64,000 bases of DNA. Origin: Elusimicrobiota bacterium (GTDB taxonomy: Bacteria; Elusimicrobiota; Elusimicrobia; UBA1565; UBA9628). The translations under genes were made by a program, and so were the position numbers. Shown one piece after another: positions 1 to 11,232 of this stretch (position 1 is the first letter of the stretch; each line of letters begins with the position of its first letter). The stretch spans positions 12,162-76,161 of the forward strand of contig JACPOW010000051.1 of assembly GCA_016191335.1 (NCBI GenBank). The letters are read 5' to 3'. The notes under the pieces were generated by a model, which saw only the letters and a program-made list of their open reading frames with translations, made no database searches and was not told the DNA's origin.

Positions 1-483
1 ATGCTGTACCGCTCCGAGTTCGCGTCCGAGCGCCTCGACAAGCTCGTGCGTGAGGAGAGCCACCACGACATCGTGAAGTTCACCGACTTCAGCGTGGACG
101 CGATCCTGAAGGACCACGCGAGCGAGGAGATGGGGGCCGCGATGCGCCGGCACCTCGGGGCGCGCACGGTCCGCCGCATCACGAGCGGGCCGATCATCGC
201 GCTGTACCAGAAGGAGAAGTTCGAGGTGGACCTCGGCAGCGCCTTCCTCGAGCCCTCCCTCGACCGCGTCTCCGCCTTCTACATCGCCAAGCGCGGCCTG
301 CACGCGCTCTCGACGTTCTGCGAGTTCGAGAACGAGATCAAGGCCGAGGGCGGCTCGCTCGAGGACAAGCTCGAGCACCTCGACGAGATGCTCGACTTCA
401 ACAAGGCCGTCGAGAAGAAGTTCGACCTGCGGCGCGAGCCTCTCGACAAATACCACCGCTGCGCCTCGTTCTTCCTGAAATGA
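1..483 (+). CDS. hypothetical protein (may be 5'-truncated at window edge)
   Basis: 160-aa ORF with balanced charged composition, unlike the Arg/Gly/Pro-rich shadow ORFs here. Its TGA overlaps the next ATG (ATGA at 480-483). No family recognised. Confidence 0.5.
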   Translation: MLYRSEFASERLDKLVREESHHDIVKFTDFSVDAILKDHASEEMGAAMRRHLGARTVRRITSGPIIALYQKEKFEVDLGSAFLEPSLDRVSAFYIAKRGLHALSTFCEFENEIKAEGGSLEDKLEHLDEMLDFNKAVEKKFDLRREPLDKYHRCASFFLK

Positions 484-1088
484 CCCGGCGGCGCTTCCCG
501 GTCGCGCTGGCCCTCGGCGCCCTCGCGCTCGCCGGCCTGGCCGCCTCCTTCTACCTCGGGGTCGCCGGCGAGGACCGCTTCGACCCGATCGTCCGCCTGA
601 TGATGGTGAGCCTCCCGATCCCGCTCGCCGCGGGCCTGTTCATGGTCCTCGTCTCCCTCTACCTGGACGACGGCTTCCGCGAGCTCGTCGCGGAGCGGGC
701 CGCGGCCGCCCCGGGGCTGGGGCTGGCCGACGCGGGCAGGACCTTGCCCGCCGCGGTCGCAGCGGCCCGCGCCTTCAAGCGCGGCAACGCCCCCAGGACC
801 GGCCGTCCCTTGAGCGGGGCCTGGGAGGGCGGGGAGCTGTTCTTCGTCGAGCGCGCGTACTATCCGGACACCGATAACGACTACGCGCAGAGGCGCTACA
901 CCCTCGTGTTCGCCTTCCAGGTCCCGGAGACCGCGGCCGGAGTCGTGCCGCCGCCGCCCTGGAAGGTCCAGCCGGTCGACGGCTGGCTCGTGCTCTCGCG
1001 GTCCGACCCCCAGGCGGTGGAGACGGCCCGGCTCGGGGAGATCCTCGCCGAGGCGCGCGGGTTCGCCCGGGAGACCCTCCAGCCCTAG
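480..1088 (+). CDS. hypothetical membrane protein
   Basis: 202-aa ORF with two N-terminal hydrophobic helices (FPVALALGALALAGLAASFYL; MMVSLPIPLAAGLFMVLVSLYL). Start is coupled to the upstream stop. Confidence 0.55.
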   Translation: MTRRRFPVALALGALALAGLAASFYLGVAGEDRFDPIVRLMMVSLPIPLAAGLFMVLVSLYLDDGFRELVAERAAAAPGLGLADAGRTLPAAVAAARAFKRGNAPRTGRPLSGAWEGGELFFVERAYYPDTDNDYAQRRYTLVFAFQVPETAAGVVPPPPWKVQPVDGWLVLSRSDPQAVETARLGEILAEARGFARETLQP

Positions 1089-1092
1089 CGGG

Positions 1093-1515
1093 TCAGCGGA
1101 ACAGCTTCCGCGCGCTCGCCATCTCCATCGGGTGCATCTCCGTGTCGCCCGGCGCGCGCTTGCTCAGCCAGAGGGTCTTGTCCTTGGCGGCGAACAGCGC
1201 GGCGTACTGGGCCTCGTTCGGGTTGAAGATGACCTGGACCACGCCGAAGGTGCGGTTCACGGCGAGCACGACCACGTTCTGCATGATCGTCGCGGTCACC
1301 TCCTCCAGCCGGGCCTTGTCCTTCTCGCCCATCTCCGCCGAGAAGGTCACCAGAATGTCCACGCGGTCTCCGGGCTCGACGAAGAGCAGCTGGTGCGCCG
1401 GGAAGGGCAGGGCCACCGCGCGGTAGCCGGCCGGCAAGGCCGGGGCCTTGCCGTCGGCGGCGAGGGCGGGAGAGGCGGCGAGGACGAGGACGACGGCCAG
1501 CGAGCGGATGTTCAT
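1093..1515 (-). CDS. secreted hypothetical protein (SAF/CpaB-like N-terminal region possible)
   Basis: Signal peptide MNIRSLAVVLVLAASPALAADG. GGAGG lies 8 nt upstream of ATG 1515, so this start is preferred over GTG 1524. Confidence 0.6.
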   Translation of the reverse strand: MNIRSLAVVLVLAASPALAADGKAPALPAGYRAVALPFPAHQLLFVEPGDRVDILVTFSAEMGEKDKARLEEVTATIMQNVVVLAVNRTFGVVQVIFNPNEAQYAALFAAKDKTLWLSKRAPGDTEMHPMEMASARKLFR

Positions 1516-1576
1516 GAGGGGCACCTCCGTGCCTCCTCAGTCTAGCCGGATCCCGCGTCGCGGCCGTTACGGGAGG

Positions 1577-3712
1577 TTAAATTTTCGGTAAAGCCGCGGG
1601 CGCCTTGGTCCGGTCGGCCAGCGCGGTGTCGCGGTAGTCGGAGCGCGCGAGCGCCTCGAAGAAGGTCTGCGAGCGCACGAGCGCCGACCCGGGGCCGGGG
1701 CTGACGCGGGAGTAGGAGCCGTCGGGTTTGAGGGACCAGGCCTTCTGGTTGTCGGCCAGCCCCTTGCCCAGGATGGTGTCGCGGACGTAGCGCTTGAGCT
1801 GCAGGTCCTTGACCGGGAAGGCGACCTCGTAGCGGGAGTAGAAGTTGCGCGGCATCCAGTCCGCGCTCGACAGGTACATCTTGCGCGATCCTCCAGCCCT
1901 GAAATAATAAATGCGGCTGTGCTCGAGGAACCGGTCGACGACGCTCACGACGCGGATGTTCTCGGACATGCCCGCGATGCCGGGACGCAGGCAGCAGATG
2001 CCGCGCACGAGCAGCTCGATCCTGACCCCCGCGTTGGAGGCCTCGTACAGGGCCTCGACGATCTCGGGGTCCTGCAGGGAGTTCATCTTCGCGATGATGT
2101 GGCCCTTGCCGGTCTCCTTGGCGCACTTCGCCTCCTCGCGGATGAGGCGGATCATCTCGTCATGGAGGTTGACGGGCGCGACGAGCAGCTCCTTGAGGCC
2201 CTCGGGGCGGCGGCCCTTGGCCAGCGCCTCGAAGTATGAGAGAGCCTCGCGGCCGAGGCCGTCATCGGCCGTGAGGAGGCCCAGGTCGGTGTACTGGCGC
2301 GCGGTGACGGGATGGTAGTTGCCGGTGCCGAGATGGGTGTAGGTCCGCTCGACCCCGTCCTCCTCGCGCACGATCGAGGTCACCTTCGAGTGCACCTTGT
2401 AGCGCCCGAGGTGGGGGACGACCTTCACGCCGGCCTTGCGCAGGGCCTCGGCCCAGCGCAGGTTGTTCAGCTCGTCGAAGCGGGCCTTGATCTCGATGTA
2501 GGCGGTGACCTTCTTGCCCGCCGCCGCCGCGGCGATGAGCGCGGCCATGATCGGCGAGTCGAGGCTGGTGCGGTACAAGGTGTGATAGATGCGCTTGACG
2601 CCGGCGTCGAGCGCCGCGGCCTCGAGGAACTTCACCACGATGTCGAACGCGTCGTACGGGTGGTGGAGCAGGATGTCCTTGCGGCGGACGATCTCGAAGG
2701 CGGAGGAGGGCTTGCGGAACGGGGCCGGGACCTGCGGCTCGATCGGCGGATAGCGCAGGCCCGCCTTGGGCGTGTCGATGCGGGCGAGCGTGCGCATGTC
2801 GAGGGGGAGGTCGAAGCGGTACAGCGCCGACGAGTCGAGGCCGAGCGCGGTGGCCAGGAACAAGGCGCCCTCCGAGTAGGCGGGGGAGTCCACCTCGAGG
2901 CGGACGACCTTCGCGTGCACGCGGCGGTTGACGGCCTCGAGGATCTGGCCCTCGAGGTTCTCCTCGTCGTCCGGGCGCCAGCGGAGGTCGGCGTCGCGGA
3001 TGATCTTGAAGGGGAAGGTCTCGATGACCTCGCGGTCGGGGAACAGGTCCTCGGCGCGGTCGGCGATCCAGCGCTCGACGAGGGCGTAGCGCTTGACGCC
3101 GTCCTTCGTGGGCAGCGAGACCAGGCGCCCCTCGCGGTCCTCGATGGTGATGACGGCGTACTCGCGCGGGAAGCGCACGAACACGTGCAGGCGCGCGCTG
3201 GCGAGCGCGGGCGGCGGCTCGGGGTAGCGGCGCACCATGACCTTGAGCTTGGGCAGGCGCTCCTGGATCTCGGTGTCCGGCGCGCGCTCATCCAGGAAAT
3301 CGGCCAGGATCTCGACGCCCTCGCCGCGCAGGGCGTCGATGATGTCGCGCAGCACCTCGGCCTGGCGGGACTTCTGGCGCAGGGCGTGCTCGCGGATCTG
3401 GGCGAGGACCTGGCGGGCGGTCATGCCGTCGAGGAAGCGGTGGCCGGCGCTGCGGCGGGCGGTCTTGGCTATCTCGGCCACGCGGGTCATGAAGAACTCG
3501 TCGAGGTTCGAGCTGACGATGGTCGCGAAGCGCAGGCGCTCGAGGGCCGGCACGGTCGCGTCCGCCGCCTCGGACAGGACCCGGTCGTTGAAGGCGAGCC
3601 AGGACAGGTCGCGGTTGAAGAAGCGCTCCGCCGCCTTCAGGCCGACGGCCTGGGGCGCGGTCACGGCGGGAGCCGCGTCGACCTTGAGGGGGAGTATCTT
3701 GGAACGGGCCAT
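1577..3712 (-). CDS. ppk1: polyphosphate kinase 1
   Basis: 711 aa. N-terminal FFNRDLSWLAFNDRVLSEA and C-terminal VDRFLEHSRIYYF motifs plus length are typical of PPK1. Confidence 0.93.
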   Translation of the reverse strand: MARSKILPLKVDAAPAVTAPQAVGLKAAERFFNRDLSWLAFNDRVLSEAADATVPALERLRFATIVSSNLDEFFMTRVAEIAKTARRSAGHRFLDGMTARQVLAQIREHALRQKSRQAEVLRDIIDALRGEGVEILADFLDERAPDTEIQERLPKLKVMVRRYPEPPPALASARLHVFVRFPREYAVITIEDREGRLVSLPTKDGVKRYALVERWIADRAEDLFPDREVIETFPFKIIRDADLRWRPDDEENLEGQILEAVNRRVHAKVVRLEVDSPAYSEGALFLATALGLDSSALYRFDLPLDMRTLARIDTPKAGLRYPPIEPQVPAPFRKPSSAFEIVRRKDILLHHPYDAFDIVVKFLEAAALDAGVKRIYHTLYRTSLDSPIMAALIAAAAAGKKVTAYIEIKARFDELNNLRWAEALRKAGVKVVPHLGRYKVHSKVTSIVREEDGVERTYTHLGTGNYHPVTARQYTDLGLLTADDGLGREALSYFEALAKGRRPEGLKELLVAPVNLHDEMIRLIREEAKCAKETGKGHIIAKMNSLQDPEIVEALYEASNAGVRIELLVRGICCLRPGIAGMSENIRVVSVVDRFLEHSRIYYFRAGGSRKMYLSSADWMPRNFYSRYEVAFPVKDLQLKRYVRDTILGKGLADNQKAWSLKPDGSYSRVSPGPGSALVRSQTFFEALARSDYRDTALADRTKAPAALPKI

Positions 3713-3817
3713 AGAGGGGGCGTCCGGGCCATTTTAGCCTTTATCGGACGGACCGGGCCATCCGGCGCGCGACGAACGCGTCACATGTGAATGACGATTT
3801 TGTCGTACAATAGTACG

Positions 3818-5334
<1,517 letters not shown>

Positions 5335-5338
<4 letters not shown>

Positions 5339-6105
5339 GCGAACTTCGGCGCGCGGCGCTGACGGATGGCGGACACGCCTTCGGCGATGTCCGCGCCCTT
5401 GAAGGTCAGCGCCTGGCCCTTGGCCTCGTGCGCGAGGTAGGGGGACAGATCACCCGCGAGACGCGTCTCGGCTTTCAGGACGCGCAGGCTCTCGCCGGAC
5501 CCCGAAGCGACGCGCCCGGCGAGCTCGGCGCACACCGCGTCCAGCTCGGCGGGGAGCGCGGCCTCGGCGCAGGCGCCGCCCCAGGAGTGGAGGTCGCGCC
5601 CCGTGAAGAGGCGGCCCGTGAACAGGAGGTCCCGCGCGCGGGCGTCGCCTAAGGCGGCGCGCGCCAGGGGCCAGGCGGCCATGCCGGGGTTCAGGCCCAG
5701 GCGCACGAAGTTGAAGCCCAGCTTCGCGTCCGAGACGACGACGCGCAGGTCGCAGGCCAGCGCCAGGCAAAGCCCCGCGCCGACGGCGGTGCCGTGGATC
5801 TTGGCGATGGTGACCTGAGGGACCTCGCGGATCGACAGGAAGTCGCCGTAGAAGCGCTTCATGACCCCGGCCAGCGCGGCCTTCGGCCGTTTCATGTTCT
5901 TCTCGATGAAGGCCAGGTCGCCTCCCGCGGAGAAGGCGTGGCCCGCCGCCTCGAGGACGAGGACCTTCGACTTCTCGCGCGCGGCGCGCTTCACCGCCGC
6001 GGCGAACTCGCGGGCCATGGCCTCGGACATCGCGTTGAGCGCCTGCGGGCGCTCGAGGCGCAAAGTGGTGACGGATCTCTCGGTGCGCAGGCTGACGAGG
6101 CTCAT
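5335..6105 (-). CDS. enoyl-CoA hydratase/isomerase (crotonase) family protein
   Basis: 256 aa with AGHAFSAGGDL and GTAVGAGLCLALACD crotonase-fold motifs. TATAAT lies 6 nt upstream of the ATG. Confidence 0.85.
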
Positions 6106-6130
6106 ACGCCGATTATACTAGAATCGTCCC

Positions 6131-7186
6131 GTGGGCCTGAAAGAACTGGGCAAAGAGCTCGAGAAGCGGGGGAAGGCCGCGCTGCGCGCGACCTTCCTGC
6201 AGCTGCTGCCCAAGCCGCGCCCCCACGCGGGCCCGGTGGACCCGTCGAAGGTCCGGCGCGTGCTCGCCGTGCGGCATGACGCGCGGCTGGGGAACCTGCT
6301 CCTGCTGACCCCGGCGCTGCGCCTGATGAAGACGGCTTTTCCGGCGGCCCGCGTCGAGGTGCTGCTCGCCGACCGCTACGGCGACGCGCTGCGGCACAAC
6401 CCGTGCGTGGACGAAATCCTCACGGCGAAGGCCGTGCCCGGCCTGCGCCTGCGCGGCTACGACCTGGCCTTCGATTTCTCGCCTCAGCACGCGTTCTCGC
6501 TGTCGAGCGCGACCTGGACGCACCTTTCCGGGGCGAAGCGCCGGATCGGCTTCGACCGCGGCGACGCCCATCGATTCCTCGACGACCTGGTCCCGGTCCC
6601 GGCCCGCCCCGCCCATGAGACCGCCAACCTCGCGGCCTTGGTCCGCCACGCGGCTCCCGGCGCCGCTCTGCCGCCGGACGAGTCCCTGCGCACCGAGTAT
6701 CACTTCGGGCCGGGGGAGAAGGAGGCGGGCGCGAAGGCCTGGGCCTCCTGGGGGCTCGACAAGGACAGCGTCGCTTTGTTCCTCGGCGCCCGCGCCGAGA
6801 AGCGCCTGGACCCGTCCTGGTTCTTCGACCTGGGCGAGCGCCTGGTCCGCTCCGGACGCAAGGCCGTGCTGACGGGGGGGCCGGCGGAGCGAAAGCTCCT
6901 GGAAGGCCGGACCATCCCCGACGGCGTCGTCGTCGCCCCCGAGGTGCCGCTGCGGGAGTTCGCCGCGGCGATCGTCCACGCGCGCGCGGTGCTGACCGCC
7001 GACACGGGGCCGATGCACCTGGCGGTCGCGCTCGGCGTGCCCACGCTCCAGCTGTTCAGCCACACCGAGCCCTGGCGCTTCGGCTACGCGCTCCCCGAGC
7101 ACTCGCTGCTGGAGACACCCGGGCGCCACCCGACGCCGGACGAGGCCTGGTCCGCCCTGTCGGCCCTGCTCGCTAAAGCGGGCTGA
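6131..7186 (+). CDS. glycosyltransferase family 9 (LPS heptosyltransferase-like)
   Basis: RLGNLLLLTPALRLMK near the N-terminus and ADTGPMHLAVALGVPT near the C-terminus are typical GT9 motifs. Confidence 0.85.
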   Translation: MGLKELGKELEKRGKAALRATFLQLLPKPRPHAGPVDPSKVRRVLAVRHDARLGNLLLLTPALRLMKTAFPAARVEVLLADRYGDALRHNPCVDEILTAKAVPGLRLRGYDLAFDFSPQHAFSLSSATWTHLSGAKRRIGFDRGDAHRFLDDLVPVPARPAHETANLAALVRHAAPGAALPPDESLRTEYHFGPGEKEAGAKAWASWGLDKDSVALFLGARAEKRLDPSWFFDLGERLVRSGRKAVLTGGPAERKLLEGRTIPDGVVVAPEVPLREFAAAIVHARAVLTADTGPMHLAVALGVPTLQLFSHTEPWRFGYALPEHSLLETPGRHPTPDEAWSALSALLAKAG

Positions 7187-8156
7187 GGCGCTTGATGTGG
7201 TCGGCGAGCGCCGCGTGCGCCTCGTCCACCGTCGTCTCGCGGCACGACTCCCACTCGGCGCACACCGTCCCGCCGTGGCGCGCCCCGCGGGGGCGCCACA
7301 CCGCCTGCGTGTAGCCCGCGTAGAAGCCGAAGGTCGGCACGCCCAGGGCGGCGGCCAGGTGCGTCGTCCCGGTGATGTTGCAGACGAACAGGTTCATGCG
7401 CTTGAGCATGGCGCCGCTGACGCCCAGGCGCGCGGGAGGCAGGATCGGCACGGGGCGCTTGAGCTTGGCGACGATCGCGGCGACCTTGTCGTGCTCCCCG
7501 GGGCCGCCCATGAAGAACAGCTTCACGCGCGCGTCGTCGAGCAGCCGGTTGCCGAGCTCCGCGAACTTCTCCTCGGGCCAGCGGAAGGAGAAGCGGTCGA
7601 AGTTGCCGGGATGGATCACGACGCGGAAGGAGCCGCCGCCCGCGGGAGGCAGCTCCCCGAGCAGGCGGTCGGCCTCGTCGAGGTCGGCGATGGGCAGGCG
7701 CAGCTCCGGGTCCTGGTCGTACGGCGCGTCGAGCGTGGCGGCCAGGCGCCCGTAGCGGTCCCACATGTGCTCCCGCTCGGCGGGCGCCGGGAGGACCTCG
7801 TTGAAGGCCGAGCTGCGCCCGGGGCCCTTGTCGAAGGCGAGCCTGCGCGGCGCGCGCGCCGCTCGGGTGATCAAGGTGGAGGTCTTCGAGTGGGAGGAGT
7901 TGAGGTCGACGATCAGGTCGCACGGCTCGGCGAGGAGCTTCCAGAGGAACCGCAGGTTGCCGCCGACCTTCCCCGGCTTGCCGAGCACGAGCGACTCGTC
8001 GATGAACGGGATCAGCGGGAGGACCTGGGTCGAGCGCCAGCCGACGATCAGGCGGATGCGCGCCTTCGGGTAGCGGCGGCGGATCGCGCGGAGGAAGGAG
8101 GTCGCGACGATGACGTCGCCGACGCGTCCGATGTACAGCGCGGTGATCCTCTCCAC
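7173..8156 (-). CDS. glycosyltransferase family 9 (LPS heptosyltransferase-like)
   Basis: GRVGDVIVATSFLRAIRRRYP and NITGTTHLAAALGVPT motifs. GTG start is preceded by TATAAT + 6 nt. Confidence 0.85.
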   Translation of the reverse strand: MERITALYIGRVGDVIVATSFLRAIRRRYPKARIRLIVGWRSTQVLPLIPFIDESLVLGKPGKVGGNLRFLWKLLAEPCDLIVDLNSSHSKTSTLITRAARAPRRLAFDKGPGRSSAFNEVLPAPAEREHMWDRYGRLAATLDAPYDQDPELRLPIADLDEADRLLGELPPAGGGSFRVVIHPGNFDRFSFRWPEEKFAELGNRLLDDARVKLFFMGGPGEHDKVAAIVAKLKRPVPILPPARLGVSGAMLKRMNLFVCNITGTTHLAAALGVPTFGFYAGYTQAVWRPRGARHGGTVCAEWESCRETTVDEAHAALADHIKRLSPL

Positions 8157-8168
8157 GGGGGGATTATA

Positions 8169-10154
8169 TCACTCGTAGCGGAGCGCTTCGATCGGAGAGA
8201 GCAAAGACGCCTTGCGCGCCGGCCAGAAGCCGAACACGATCCCCGTACCGGCGGAGAAGAAGAAGGCGAGGAGGACCGACTGCGGCGTGACGACCGCGGC
8301 CCAGCCCGCGAAATAGGACATGCCGAAGGCGATCGACATGCCGAGCGCGATGCCGAGCAGGCCGCCGCACGTCGACATCGCCGCCGCCTCGACCAGGAAT
8401 TGGATGAGGACCGCGCGGCGCGTGGCGCCGATCGCCTTGCGCAGGCCGATCTCGCGCGTGCGCTCGCTCACGGAGACGAGCATGATGTTCATGATGCCGA
8501 TCCCGCCGACGACCAGCGAGATCGCCGCGACGATGCCGAGAAGGAGGGAGAATATCTTCGAGGTGCCGGTCAGCGCGGCCTGGATCTCCGCCATGTTGCG
8601 CAAGGTGAAGTCGTCCTCCTTGTAGTCGGGCAGGCGGTGGCGCTTGCGCATCAGGACCCGCACCGCCTCGATCACGCCCTCGGTCTGCTCCGGCCCGCTC
8701 GTCTCGATCGAGATGGTGCCGAGGAACTGGCGGCCGAGGACCTTCTTCATGGCGGTCTTGAGGGGGATCACGATCTTGTCGTCCTGGTCCTGGAAGCCGC
8801 TCGAGCCCTTGCGGGCCAGGACGCCGATGACCTTGAACTTGATGTGCTCGACGTTGATCGAGCGGCCCACGGGGTCCGCCTCGCCGAAGAGGTTCGTCAC
8901 GACGGTGGGGCCGAGGACGGCGACGCGGTCCATCCGCTCGTTCTCCTCGGCGGTGAAGAAGCGGCCGTAGTAGGCCTGGGCGCTGCGCATGTCGGCGTAG
9001 TCGGGCTCGGCGCCGGTCACGCTGGTGTTCGTGTTCTTGTCGCCGTAGACGGCCTGGACGTTGCCCTGGACCTCGCCGGCGACCCGGACGATGCCGGGAT
9101 GCGCCCGGCGGATCGCGGCGACGTCGTCCATCGCCAGGCGGCTGAAGGTTCCCATCGCGCCGCGGGCGCCGCCGCCCATGCGCGGGGACATGGGGAAGAG
9201 CATCACGAGGTTCGAGCCCAGGCTCGAGAGCTGGGTCTCCACGGACTTCTGGGCGCCCTTGCCGATGGCGAGCATCGCGATGACCGCGGTGACGCCGATG
9301 AGTATGCCGAGCATGGACAGGGCGCTGCGCAGCTTGTTCGCGCGGATCGCGCGCAGGGCGGAGCGGACGTGCTCGAGGAGCTCCTCGGCGGTCAGGGCCC
9401 GGGGGAGCGGGACGGCGGCGAGCGCCGGCGCGCCGCCGGCCTTGGCGCGGCCCTTGCCGGCGCCGCCTCGAGGCGCGGCGTTGCGCTCGTCGGAGACGAT
9501 GACGCCGTCCTTGATCTTGATGACGCGCTGGGCGTAGGCGGCGATGTCCGGCTCGTGCGTGACCATCAGGATGGTGATGCCCGAGTTGTTGAGGTCGCTG
9601 AGCTTGCGGAGGATCCCCTCGGCCTGCTCGGACGCGAGGTTCCCCGTGGGCTCGTCGGCGAAGATGATCTTCGGGCGGTTGACGAGGGCGCGGGCGATCG
9701 CCACGCGCTGCTGCTGTCCGCCGGAGAGCTGGTTCGGCGCGTGGTCCATGCGGTCGGAGAGGCCGACCTCGGCCAGGACCTCGGCGGAGCGCTTCTCCCG
9801 GCCGGCGTCGCCGGTGTAGAGCATCGGCAGGGCGACGTTGTCCTGGGCGCTCGTGCGGGCCAGCAGGTTGAACATCTGGAACACGAAGCCGATGGTGCGG
9901 GAGCGCAGGGCGGCGCCCTCGTCGTCCGAGAGCGCCGACACGTCCAGGCCCATCAGCTTGTAGGAGCCGGAGGTCGGACGGTCGAGCAGGCCGAGAATCT
10001 GGGTCAAGGTGGACTTGCCGGAGCCCGAGGGGCCCATGATGGCGACGAAGTCGCCCTCGTCCACCGTGAGGTCTATGCCTTTCAGGACGTCGAGGCGGCC
10101 GCCGCCCACGAAGTAGGTCTTCGTGACGCCGCGCAGCTCGATCAGCGGGGCCAT
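8169..10154 (-). CDS. macB: MacB-type ABC efflux transporter, fused ATPase/permease
   Basis: Walker A GPSGSGKST, signature LSGGQQQRVAIARAL and Walker B IIFADEPT, then a periplasmic domain and an FtsX-type 4-TM permease. 661 aa. Confidence 0.92.
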   Translation of the reverse strand: MAPLIELRGVTKTYFVGGGRLDVLKGIDLTVDEGDFVAIMGPSGSGKSTLTQILGLLDRPTSGSYKLMGLDVSALSDDEGAALRSRTIGFVFQMFNLLARTSAQDNVALPMLYTGDAGREKRSAEVLAEVGLSDRMDHAPNQLSGGQQQRVAIARALVNRPKIIFADEPTGNLASEQAEGILRKLSDLNNSGITILMVTHEPDIAAYAQRVIKIKDGVIVSDERNAAPRGGAGKGRAKAGGAPALAAVPLPRALTAEELLEHVRSALRAIRANKLRSALSMLGILIGVTAVIAMLAIGKGAQKSVETQLSSLGSNLVMLFPMSPRMGGGARGAMGTFSRLAMDDVAAIRRAHPGIVRVAGEVQGNVQAVYGDKNTNTSVTGAEPDYADMRSAQAYYGRFFTAEENERMDRVAVLGPTVVTNLFGEADPVGRSINVEHIKFKVIGVLARKGSSGFQDQDDKIVIPLKTAMKKVLGRQFLGTISIETSGPEQTEGVIEAVRVLMRKRHRLPDYKEDDFTLRNMAEIQAALTGTSKIFSLLLGIVAAISLVVGGIGIMNIMLVSVSERTREIGLRKAIGATRRAVLIQFLVEAAAMSTCGGLLGIALGMSIAFGMSYFAGWAAVVTPQSVLLAFFFSAGTGIVFGFWPARKASLLSPIEALRYE

Positions 10155-10166
10155 GAGGCGGGTCCC

Positions 10167-11231
10167 CTACCGCGGGCCGCCCGCCGCGGCGGGGGCGGAG
10201 CCCGTCCCCGGAGAGGCGGAGCCCGTCGCGGTCTTCCTCGGCTTGGGGGCCGCGCCCCGCTGGGCGCCGCCGCGGCCCATGCCGCGTCCCATGAACGACA
10301 GCGGGCTCGATTCGGGGGCGGTCTGGGCCTTGTACTTGCCCGCCGCGACCAGGACCTTGTCCCCGGCGGAGAGGCCGGACACGATCTCGACCTGCTCGTC
10401 GGTCTCGATCCCGGTCTTGACCTCCCGGGTCTCCGGCGCCGCGCCGGGCTCCGCTCCGGGGAGCTGGACCACGCGCTTGCCTCCCGGAGCGTCCTTGATC
10501 GCCGCGGCGGGGAGGAGCAGGGCGTCCTCCTTGCGCTTGACCAGGAAGCTCACGTTGGCGGTCATCTGAGAGCGGAAGAACGGGGGGACCTTGTCGGGAC
10601 GGACCTTCACGCCGTAGGTGATCACGTTCGAGACGTTCTTGCCCTCGTACAGCATGTCGAAGACCTTGCCGTCCACCGGCTGCTCCGGATAGGAGTCGAG
10701 GCGGATGCGGACCTTCTGCCCGAGCTTGATCTTGCCGATGTCGGACTCGTCGACCTGGGCGTTGACGATCAAGGTGTCCGCCACGGCGAAGAGCACCGTG
10801 CCGCCGTCCACCGCCTGCCCGACGACCACGTTGCGCAGGATGACGTCGCCGGGAAGGGAGGCGAACACCGCCGTCGGCTTGTAGGCGTCCTCCCACTTCT
10901 TGACCGCCTCGGGCCCTTGGGCGCGCGCCGCGTCGAGGATCGCGTTGCGGTCGGTCGAGCTGATCAACGCCACGACCTGGCCGTTCTTGACCTTGTCGCC
11001 CTCGTCGACGAGGAGCTTCTCCACGCGGCCGCCGACCGGGGGCTTGATCTCCACCCGGTTCTCGGGAGCCACCGAGCCCGTCGCGTCGATCGACTGCTCG
11101 ATCGGCCCGATAACGGCCTCGACCGGCTTCGCGCGGTCCGCCCGGGATTCCTTGCGGGACGCGGACTTGAATTTCCAAACGCCGCCGCCGACCGCGGCGG
11201 CGACGACGACGGCGATGATGGCGCGCTTCAT
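10167..11231 (-). CDS. efflux periplasmic adaptor (HlyD/MFP family, MacA-like)
   Basis: Signal-anchor MKRAIIAVVVAAAVGGGVW, then lipoyl/beta-barrel-type segments. Sits between the OMF and MacB. Start ATG 11231 is 1 nt after the upstream stop; the longer ORF (to 11360) overlaps the OMF gene. Confidence 0.85.
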   Translation of the reverse strand: MKRAIIAVVVAAAVGGGVWKFKSASRKESRADRAKPVEAVIGPIEQSIDATGSVAPENRVEIKPPVGGRVEKLLVDEGDKVKNGQVVALISSTDRNAILDAARAQGPEAVKKWEDAYKPTAVFASLPGDVILRNVVVGQAVDGGTVLFAVADTLIVNAQVDESDIGKIKLGQKVRIRLDSYPEQPVDGKVFDMLYEGKNVSNVITYGVKVRPDKVPPFFRSQMTANVSFLVKRKEDALLLPAAAIKDAPGGKRVVQLPGAEPGAAPETREVKTGIETDEQVEIVSGLSAGDKVLVAAGKYKAQTAPESSPLSFMGRGMGRGGAQRGAAPKPRKTATGSASPGTGSAPAAAGGPR

Positions 11232-11232
11232 G

